From a virus (taxonomy: Duplodnaviria; Caudoviricetes), in the IMG/VR virus record IMGVR_UViG_3300028048_000045, positions 32,001 through 96,000 of that record: DNA of 64,000 bases; one strand, 5' to 3'. Both the position numbers and the translations under genes were made by a program. The notes beneath the pieces are model-generated. The model was not told the DNA's origin, did no database searches, and saw only the letters and a program-made list of their open reading frames with translations. Position 1 is the stretch's first letter. Each line of letters opens with the position of its first letter. Positions 18,601 to 28,400 of this stretch are shown one piece after another.

Positions 18601-20718
18601 ATGGTTATTGAAGATTCAGGCTTCGGTATTAACAGTATTGAAGTCATTGATAACTCTATAGGCAGTGTTTCTAGCACACCGGTATCTCACTCAATTTTAC
18701 CTTCATTACATGCTGTTTTTACATCAGATGGTGAAGATAATGTTATTCGTGAAATGACTGGTGGTTACGCCGAAGCTCTTGAAAAATACGGTTCAGACTT
18801 TGCCGATTCAAAGGCATATGGTCTTCAGAACCTTATCGCTGAAAACGTAATGAAAGCTGGAGCAACAGCTTATTTGTGTCGTCTTCTTCCTGAAGATGCA
18901 AAACTCGCTCACCTTATTTTCAAGGTAGCAATTAAGAAAGAATCAGAAATTCCACTTTACAAACGTAACATGTACGGAAATTTCGCTAAGGATGAACTTG
19001 GTCAGAAAATTCCTATCACTGTTACATCATCTGTTCCTACTACAGGGGTTGATCCTGACACTGGTGAGCCTTTAAATGGTGAAAATCAGGTAGTTACAAA
19101 TGCTACAACTTCTGGTTACAGAATCAAATTACTTGTTGAACAGTATGATGACACTGTAAAAGAGTATGCAACTGGTGCTAAAATTGCCGCTGGTGAAAAA
19201 CGTATTATTCATAGTGACTCTGATTGGAACATTTTCCCATTATTCACTATGTATTACTATGCACGTGGTAAATGTGGTAATGATTATGGTTTCCGTATCA
19301 TCAACGATTATGCTCGTGATGAAGCAGTTAATGATGGACGCCGTTATGAATTATTCCTTTTGAAGAAAACTTCAGCTGGAGCTCTTACTCTTAGTATTGG
19401 TAATGATTTAAGCTTCTCTTTCAATCCTAATGCTCAGGTTTCTAAAACAATTCCTGTTGTTGAAGGTTTACAGAAGGTTTATCAGAACCTTGATGATTCT
19501 AAGAATAAGAAACAGATTCAGCTCGAATACTATCAGGATAATTATGATGAACTCGTAAGTTATCTTAGAAATTTACTTACTGAAGAACCTGTTATTACTG
19601 AAGGAATTGATGAATCTGATCTTTACAGAATGACAGTTCCTGAAACTGTTGAAGATTTCGATTTCATCAATGGTCGTGATAAAGCTGGTAATCAGTATGA
19701 TAACGTTGTTATTGATAATGACAGTGTTGATGTTTCTACACCTGTTTACATGAATGGTGGTTCTGATGGAGCCATTGAATCTATGTCTGGTGAAGAACTC
19801 GAAACATATCGTAATAATATGCTTAAGAGATTCTTTAAGTGTGAAATCGACACATCAACAATCACAAATGTACTCAAATGTGATGCTGGAATTATCTATG
19901 ACTCAAACTATCCACTTGAAGTAAAAGCAGCTATGGCCAACATTGTACAGAATCGTCGTGATATCTGTGTTATTTGGGATACTGGATTTACTGATAATCT
20001 TGAACAGGCTTGTGCAATTGCTCAGCAGCTTCTTGCTCTTGTTCCAGGCGCAGCAAGTGAAAACTTTGCTATTATTCCTCACTGTGGTATTACTGCAGAT
20101 CGTGGAATTAATGTACGTGTAACTGGTACATATGAACTTTCAAATGACATTCATTCAATTTATTTTAGTCATCCTTTCGTTAAGATTGCTGGTGCACAAC
20201 ATGATTATGGATGCGTTCGTAAAACAATCTTTGACTGGGTAATCGAAGAAACTATTCCTAAGGGATATCAGATCAAGCTTGCTAAAGCTAATAAACTTTA
20301 TTGGGCTACCGATCTTGGTAAAGCTCTTTCTAACACAATCGTTGGTAATTATACTGGAAAGAATGTTTATTTCTTCTCAGATGCTAACTGTTATAAAGAA
20401 CAAATTTCTAAGCTTGCTGAGTTTAGAAACTCATTACTTATCAATGATATCCGCCGTATTGTTAAACTCGTTCTTGTTAAATACACATTTGATTCTGATG
20501 GTGCTGATGCTGCTATCGAGAAAGCAAGTGAAGAACTGAAATCTATTTTCCAGAATAGATATCCTAACAACATTATCCTCGATTATAACTTATACCAGTC
20601 TAATCGTGATAAGCTTCTTAATCAAGCTTCTTGTGATATTTCCGTTACATTCCCTGATGTATTTGATTCTTGGAATTGTACTATTACAGCTAACCGTAAT
20701 GGTGTTAAGGAGGCTTAA
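18601..20718 (+). CDS. tail sheath protein
   Basis: 705 aa; YGLQ...AYLCRLLPEDAKLAH, GGSDG, DSNYPLEVK..RRD; late promoter; followed by a tube-sized gene. Confidence 0.8.
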   Translation: MVIEDSGFGINSIEVIDNSIGSVSSTPVSHSILPSLHAVFTSDGEDNVIREMTGGYAEALEKYGSDFADSKAYGLQNLIAENVMKAGATAYLCRLLPEDAKLAHLIFKVAIKKESEIPLYKRNMYGNFAKDELGQKIPITVTSSVPTTGVDPDTGEPLNGENQVVTNATTSGYRIKLLVEQYDDTVKEYATGAKIAAGEKRIIHSDSDWNIFPLFTMYYYARGKCGNDYGFRIINDYARDEAVNDGRRYELFLLKKTSAGALTLSIGNDLSFSFNPNAQVSKTIPVVEGLQKVYQNLDDSKNKKQIQLEYYQDNYDELVSYLRNLLTEEPVITEGIDESDLYRMTVPETVEDFDFINGRDKAGNQYDNVVIDNDSVDVSTPVYMNGGSDGAIESMSGEELETYRNNMLKRFFKCEIDTSTITNVLKCDAGIIYDSNYPLEVKAAMANIVQNRRDICVIWDTGFTDNLEQACAIAQQLLALVPGAASENFAIIPHCGITADRGINVRVTGTYELSNDIHSIYFSHPFVKIAGAQHDYGCVRKTIFDWVIEETIPKGYQIKLAKANKLYWATDLGKALSNTIVGNYTGKNVYFFSDANCYKEQISKLAEFRNSLLINDIRRIVKLVLVKYTFDSDGADAAIEKASEELKSIFQNRYPNNIILDYNLYQSNRDKLLNQASCDISVTFPDVFDSWNCTITANRNGVKEA

Positions 20719-20720
20719 TT

Positions 20721-21806
20721 ATGGCAGATATGATTGAAGGTATGTATAAAAGTGAAAAAGATTTCGGAAAAGGTGGCATCAATGGTATGCACCATAAAGT
20801 AGTCGGTTGGGATAATACAACCGTCGGTATGGCATCATCTGTATTCGATAATCTTCTTTCTCAGAATGGTGTTAAATCATTCGATCCTAACCATATTGGT
20901 GCTCTTGAACCTATTCGTACTGGTAAGTTCATTGTAAAATGGCTTAAAGTACCAGCGTTCTTTGATCCTGTAGCTGTTAAATATCTTAAGTTCTTCCTTG
21001 AAAATGCTGTAAGAAGCGTTGAAGGAATTGCTGATAACCAGATCAATGCTTCTGGTTCAGTTACATTTGGACCAAACGGACAACAGTTCGACTTCCCTGG
21101 TCAGCTTACTCAAGGTAACAAAGATGTTACACTCAATACTATTACTTGTACTGGTGATGGTCTTGGTAAACTTATGCGTTACTGGATGTATGGTATTACT
21201 GACCCTGTAACAAATATCCACCATATGTATGGTAAGGATCTTCGTTTTATCCGTCCAAACTATTCAGGAACATTGCTTTATGTATTCCTCGGACCTACAT
21301 GTCGTCCTGGTGACATTGAATATGCATGTCTTTGGAATGAAGTATGGCCTTCATCTCCTGATGGTATTTCTAAATTTAACTCTGGTGAAATTGGTAGTGA
21401 TACAGCAGTTGATGCTCAGTCAGTTACTCTTTCTGGTATTTTCCAGGATGGACCAGAAGTTAACATTCTTGCAAAATACATTGTTGCTGGTACAGGTCTT
21501 GCTGGTCAGTCATACTTCGAACAAATGCTTCCTGCATATATGTACGATAAGTATATCGGACCTCTTAGTAATCCTACTACTCGTGGTGATGTTCAGAAAC
21601 AACTGGATATGACTATCGCAACACGTATGGCTTCTGATGCTGCTGGTGATGTATACGGTAATGCTCTTGGAACTCGTAAAGCAGTTACAGAACAGTATGG
21701 TATTAATACATCTGCTGTAAGTGGTGAAGCTACAAGAACTGTAGACGGTATGTACAGTGAAATTTCAGGTGATAACGCTTTCAATTCTGATAAATTCACT
21801 AGTTAA
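20721..21806 (+). CDS. tail tube protein
   Basis: Directly after sheath; GKFIVKWLKVPAFF, W..GITDP.T, IEYACL..VWP pattern; high-expression codons. Confidence 0.7.
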   Translation: MADMIEGMYKSEKDFGKGGINGMHHKVVGWDNTTVGMASSVFDNLLSQNGVKSFDPNHIGALEPIRTGKFIVKWLKVPAFFDPVAVKYLKFFLENAVRSVEGIADNQINASGSVTFGPNGQQFDFPGQLTQGNKDVTLNTITCTGDGLGKLMRYWMYGITDPVTNIHHMYGKDLRFIRPNYSGTLLYVFLGPTCRPGDIEYACLWNEVWPSSPDGISKFNSGEIGSDTAVDAQSVTLSGIFQDGPEVNILAKYIVAGTGLAGQSYFEQMLPAYMYDKYIGPLSNPTTRGDVQKQLDMTIATRMASDAAGDVYGNALGTRKAVTEQYGINTSAVSGEATRTVDGMYSEISGDNAFNSDKFTS

Positions 21807-21830
21807 TAATTTATACCAATAAATTATTAA

Positions 21831-21860
21831 ATAAGTACTGGGATTCGTCCCAGTACTTAT
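21831..21860. terminator. bidirectional terminator after the tail tube gene
   Basis: ataagtactggga-ttcg-tcccagtacttat. Confidence 0.85.
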
Positions 21861-21864
21861 ATTT

Positions 21865-22347
21865 TTAAAAAAGTTTTAAAGTTATTTTATAACAGTTAAT
21901 TCCTGTATTAACCATTGTATTGTGTACAGTAGAACCATCAGAAAGTTTATATCTTGAATTAGAAATGTTGTCTATTACCATAATAGCAAGTTTTCTAATC
22001 TTTTCAGGTTCATCATCTTTATAACGTTTGCTTAAAAGATCAAGATATTTATAAAGTTTGTTAGGTAAACGTTTTTTATAAATTTTATAATAATCAAAAA
22101 TTGATTTTCTTGGGAAATAATCTCCATTTTCATTTTTTCTTAACGAATTATAAAATTCGATGAAACTCATATGAACATCTTTTACACCATCTAACAGACT
22201 AAATTTTATATAAATATATTTTGTTTTCTTTATATTTTCAGTAACACGTAAATACTCATTACAAGTATCAGTTTTACTTATTTTTTGAATCTGTTCAATA
22301 ATATAATTAGCAATAATTTGTGCTTTGATTTTCTTAAAAATTTTCAT
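21865..22347 (-). CDS. basic hypothetical late protein
   Basis: AGGAGG SD; minus-strand late promoter at 22371-22383. Confidence 0.6.
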   Translation of the reverse strand: MKIFKKIKAQIIANYIIEQIQKISKTDTCNEYLRVTENIKKTKYIYIKFSLLDGVKDVHMSFIEFYNSLRKNENGDYFPRKSIFDYYKIYKKRLPNKLYKYLDLLSKRYKDDEPEKIRKLAIMVIDNISNSRYKLSDGSTVHNTMVNTGINCYKITLKLF

Positions 22348-22370
22348 TTCGGTAAATCCTCCTAAATATT

Positions 22371-22421
22371 TATATAAAAATGTAAGTCTGGTATTAGTTT
22401 ATTAAAAGACATTTCTATATA
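22371..22421. promoter_or_regulatory. divergent pair of late promoters
   Basis: Minus 22371-22383 and plus 22409-22421. Confidence 0.7.
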
Positions 22422-22461
22422 CTAATAATGAGTAAAATATGTCCTTTAAAGGAGCAAATAT

Positions 22462-25400
22462 ATGAAAAAAGGTAATAATTCTGGAAATGATGATTTTTCT
22501 TTTTCTACCGGTGGTGGAGACGAATTCTTTCCTTTAAATGTTGATAAAAATAATAATAAAGATACCAAAGCTCCTAAAGGAGTAAAAGGGTATCTTAAAA
22601 ATGTTGCAAAATCTGTAGTTAATCTTGGTGTTAAAACTGGAAAACATTTATATCCTGAAGCTGTTGAACTTGGTGAAAAATTTAAACCTGATACAACCTC
22701 TACAACTAATCCAAAAGCATATATTGCTAACTGGAAAGCTGAAGCTAAAAAATATACTGATATCGGTAAAGATATACTTGGAAGCGCTGTAAAAGATGCT
22801 AAAGATGCAGTAAGAACTGGTAAATTTGTAAAAACTGAAGACGAACGTAATAATGCTGAAGAAATGTTCGGTGATATGTTTGGTGATGATGGGTTCGACT
22901 TTGGTGGTGATAGTGTTTCATTTGATTCTGATATAGGTGGAGATGATTCTAATTTTAATCTCGGATCAGATGACGATAGTGGTTCTGTTGGAGCTACTTT
23001 AAATGTTGGTTCTGCTGTTGTAAAATCAAGTTACGCTAATGCAAGATTAAATACAAAACTTACTGAAACAACCAATGCTACAATAGTTGGTGCTACTCAA
23101 ACTCAAATTAAATCTGATAGAGCAATGTTTGCTCAAAATCTTGAAATTTCTCAAGAACAACATCGACAGAAAATGTTGATGATGACAAATATTGCAACAA
23201 ATATTGGTAAGATCATCGAGCAGGGAAATGTTTCTATAAAAGCTCAGATAGAATTCTCTGCTAAACAATTGGCATTCTCTCAAGATTTAGCCGCTATGGT
23301 TAAAGAAGTTAGAGATGCTCAATGGGCTCAAATTAAACCTAAGAAAGCCGGCGATGTTAAGAAATCTAAATTCCAATCTATATTTGGAAATGGCAAAACT
23401 AGCGGATTTAATCTTGGAGAATTTCAGAAACATTTCTTTAATAGTATGAAATCTGAAGCTGCTGGTGGAGCATTCGATATGCTTGGCACTGGTAAAGAAA
23501 TGATCGACATGATGATGGATATGGGTGGTGGTGCAGGTGCTTTAAAGAACATGATATCCGATATGCTCTTTGAATCTGCTGTAGATGCTATCACTGGCGG
23601 TCGATCTTCTTATGGCTCAAGATTATTAAATTCTAAACTTGAAGGGTTACCTGGTGCTGTAAATCGTAAATTAGGTTCTATATCAAAACGAGGTGCTCCT
23701 GGTTTAGAAAAACTATTAGGTAAATTACCATTTGGTATTGGAAATAAAATAGATCTAAAACAACTTGCTGGTTGGGCTCACGTAGATAACGATGTTAAAT
23801 TAAAGTCCGGCAAATATGATATGGATCCGTCAGAAGTACATCCATTTGATAATGCTGCTCATAAAGCTTTAACAGAAGTTATCCCTTGGCAACTTGCAAA
23901 AATCGATGCTGGTATCAATAGAACTGAACAAGAATTTTTTAATTACAAGAGTAATAAATGGGAAAAAGTTTCTTCTATTAGAAAACATCTTGATAGAACT
24001 AGAGAAGAAGTTCTTGAATATTCTAACGGATATAGTGCTATTAATGATCGTCTTGCTACAGGTATCGATTTAAAGAATTCTTATAAACAAATTCTTACCG
24101 AATATGAAACCAATCCTACATTCAAAGCAGGATATTATAATAAAACTTGGAATAAAGATAAAGCGCAAGCTGCAGTTAATTTAGGTACTGAAGCTAAAAA
24201 ATTCATTATGAAAAATAAGAAAACTCTTATTCATAATGTTATGATGATTGCTTCTGATGAAGAAATGGATGATGTATTAGCTTCATTACTTGATAATGAA
24301 TCTGATAATTTCCCTAGATTCTTTGAAGGGGTCCCATCTCCTACTGGAGAATTAACTGAAGAAATCGTAGCTTATTATTTATACAATACAATTAAAGAAT
24401 TTTCTAAAGCTGAACCTCAGGAATGGATTTCTTTCCAAACAGATCTGGCTAGTTATAAAAATAAATTAACTTCTAACAACTTTGAAAATGAAGATAAATA
24501 TTTTGGAGCTGGAGCAGGTATAGCTTTCGATGCTTCTATTTCTAGCGATATTTTTGAAAATGAACGTAATGAATTAAATAAACAGCGTCAAAAATTGGAA
24601 AAAAGAAAAGAAGCTTTACTTAAAAAAGATAGTAAAACTCTAAAGTTAGAATCTTTAAGTAGCAAATATTTAGGTAAAGACGTTGAAAGTGTAAAAGATA
24701 TTAACGATCAACTTAAAAAATTAAGTGCTGCTGAAAGAGATTTAAATGAACGAGAAGCTACTAGTACAACAGGTATGCTTAAAGTTCATTCTCCTTCCGA
24801 CGCTGATAAATTTATTATTTCAGATTTACACGATAGTTCTACACACGGTTTAATAAATAATATCTTTAATCTTTTGTTAACTGGATTGGATGTTTATGTT
24901 AAAAATCCTTCAGGTAAACAACACGATTACCATAAACAAATTATAGATAGTGCTCTTTCTATAAAAGAAGCTGCTATAAGAAAATCTAAAGCTTCTGAAA
25001 CTGAAGAAGATGAATCTAATGTATTCGGTGTAGATTCTGTTAGTAAAACTTTAGCAGATCGCGAGGCTTCTTTTAATTCTTCTGATAAAGCATTTGAAAA
25101 TACACTTTGGGGAAAAATACCTGGAATGAAAAGTGTTTATAGAGCTTTTAATAAAGCTACTAATGGTATTAATAATTTTGGTAACAGAATTCTTGGTGAA
25201 AATTTCTATTCTGTACATGATTCATTCCAACCTATTGATGAAAATGGTGAATATTTTAGAACAGTACTTACAGAAGAAGAACGTTCTAAATATCGCGAAT
25301 TGAAGAATCAATATGATTCTGCTCCTAAAGAAGCTAAAGATAAGATTAAATCTGAAATCAAAACTTTATTGATGAAATCAAAGAACTCTAAAGCTGCTAA

Positions 25401-28400
25401 ATCTTTAAAATTTGGAGCAAACATTTTCACATCAGCTTTCAATAGATCTGAACTTTCAAAATCTATTAAAGTTTTAGGTTCTAAACTTTCTAGAGTTTCT
25501 GTAAAAGGTAAAACTCTTGGTGAATATGTATCTGAAACTAATAATTCAGAATTGATGAATAAACTCTCTAAAGCTACATCTGTAGAAGAAAAAATCAATA
25601 TTATTAGAGATATGGGTTCTTCTAAAGCAAAAGCTTTTGCTGATGAAGCTCAGAAACAATATAATACTAATAAATCTAAATTCGATTCTGATTTTAAAGA
25701 TAGTGCAAGTGGAAAATATACTCTAGATAGTATAAAAGCTGGTTTAGGTAAGAAAATTTATAGTGGACTTTCTACTGTTCAGAATAAAGTTCTTGGTAAC
25801 GAATTAGTTAATATTAAAGATGCTAAGGGTAATAAATTAAAAGATACTCTTGCTGAAATAAATAGTCAAGTTCTTAATTATAAACTTGCTAAAGAACCTG
25901 ATCCTGCAGAAAAATGTAAGATTTTGTTAAACGCAGATTACAAAGAACTTGAACCTTTCAAACCTAAGATTGAAGAATTTAGAGCTAAAGCTCTTGAAGA
26001 TCTTAGTAATTCTGGTTCTATAAAAGGTATACTTGGAAACTTTAAAAACAAGATACTTGATACTGTTAAAAATAAAATCGGTGGAAAATTAGCAGCAATG
26101 AATCAGAATAGAATTTTATCTGGAGACCTTATCAAGTTAAAAAATAAGGAAACTGGTAAAACTATTGGACAAATTGTTTCTGAAATAAACGATCCTTCTT
26201 TAATTTTAAATCTTAATTCTGCTAAATCTGTAGATGAAAAAATCAATATTTTACTTGCTTATGATAATCCTCAATTAAACAAATGCAAACAAGATTTAAT
26301 TAAATTTAAAAAGTCTGCAGCTTCATTGGATAAATCATTCGGTGGTATAGTTGCTTGGACTAAACAAAGAGGAAAAGAAAATCTTGATAAATTCATTAAG
26401 AACACTTTAATTAAGAAATTAAAGAAAATTAAAGTTGGAGAAAAAACTCTTGGTGAAGTTCTTGGAGAAATAGCTAAAAAAGATCCTAGTTTTGGTGAAA
26501 AGATCGAATCTTTCAATACTATGACTGATTTAGCAGAATTCTTACTTCAAAGTTCTAATCCAGAATTACAACCTTTTAAGAAAGCTATTCGTGAATTAAA
26601 AGATAAACATATGGATGATGAAGCACAAGGTGGAGTAGCTGGTATTGTTGGAATGGGTCTTGTTACAGGTTTCGATATGATTAAGAAATCTATCGACGGT
26701 GTTAAGAGTTTATTTAGTAAACGTAAAAAAGATGCTAATGAAGAGTTATCTATAATTGAAAAATATGTTCATCCCGATATTATTAAATTATTTGGTGGAA
26801 CAAAAGCTACAATGGATGTAATCGATTCTCTCGGTATTGATGTCGAATTAGCTTTCAAAGATAATGAATATCATAAAGCTTCTAAACAAATTGAATTTAT
26901 TCTCGATGCTAACAAATCTGCTAAACGCCTTAATGGTAAACAGAAACGTGCTCTTAAAGGTTTGATGAGATCTGAACTTGATAAAGAAGCTGCAACAGCA
27001 TCTATCAATTCTATTAATTCAAAAATTTCATCTATAAATAATAGTTTCCAAAATGAAATGTCTAAATATGGTGATTCTATGTCTGCTTCTGAAAAGAAAC
27101 GGTTAGAAGCTATGAGAGATGAAGATCTTGATAGAGAAAATCGTAAATTAGACAAAGCTAAAAATCGTAAAGATAAAGCTTCTAGAAAAATAAATAATGC
27201 TCTTGGTGATGAAGACGGTGTAGAAGGCAATTCAGCCAGTGAACAACGTGAAGCTAAAGCTAGAGCTAAAGAAGAAAAAGAAAGAGCTAAAGAAAATAAA
27301 ATGCGTTTTGGTTTACTTTCTACATTAGTTTCAACTATTACTGGTTGGAAAAAGAAAGGATTTAAACTAGACGATGAATCTACTAGTAAAATGCAAGATG
27401 CTATTTCTGAAGGAGCTAAACAGGGTTCTAGTGAAGGTTGGTCTGGAAAGATTTCAGCATTCATGGATAATACAGGTTTAAGTAATACTAAACTTGGTAA
27501 AGGAATACAGACTGTATTAAATAAAGGTGGATCTTTTGCTAGACATATAACTGGAAATGATAAAATAGCATCATTCTTAGGAAAATCTAAGATTGGTAGT
27601 ACTGTTTTAGGAGTTGCTGGTAAATTTGGTGGTGGCGCAGCTGCTGCTACTGGTGGTTCATCAATGTTAGGTGGAGCTGCTGCTGCAGTTGGTGGCGGTG
27701 GTACAGCATTAGGTGGATTAACAAAAGTTTTACAAAAAATTTTAAGTGCGCCTAAAGTAATAGCTAAACTTGGTAAATCTGGCGTCCAAACAGTCATTTC
27801 TGGTATAAAAGATGGTGCTAAAAGAGTATTAACTAAGATATTCCCTAAATTAGCTACTTTAAACGGTATGGCTACTAACTTTGTAGGTTGGGCTGCTTTA
27901 GCAGCAACAGCAGTTACAAATTTCATTAAAGGAATGTCTAGAGCTAAAACTACATTTAATATCGGTAGAGGTTTAAGACCTACTGTTGGTATGCGTTTAG
28001 CTTGTGGTTTGGCTGCAATGCTCGATGGTGTACTTTTAGGAATACCTGGTACTATTTGTAAAGCTATGGGATTTAGAAATGCTGAAGAATGGTTCTATTC
28101 TATAGTTGGAAAAACTGCAGAAAAAGAAGCATTGAGTAGATATGCAAAATATAATAGTATGCGTGCTACTATTTTCGGTATCGATGATCCTCAGAACTTG
28201 ATAGCTTATGAAAATAGAAATCTTGAAAAAGGTGGAAATTTCTTTGATAATCTTGGTTCTGGTGCTAAACGTTTAGGAAGAGCTATTGCTAATGTAGCTA
28301 CATTAGGAATTGCTAAAAACAATGATGAAAAAGATTCACAGTTACTCGGATTCCAATCTGTTGATATTTTCAAGATGTGGAAAGAGAGAAAATATACTCC

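Noticed and set aside
26871-27926. 351-aa minus-strand ORF and many other 60-140-aa shadow ORFs inside large genes
   Set aside because: Antisense or off-frame shadows of codon-biased genes; no SD or phage promoter, and unnatural L/S/F-rich composition
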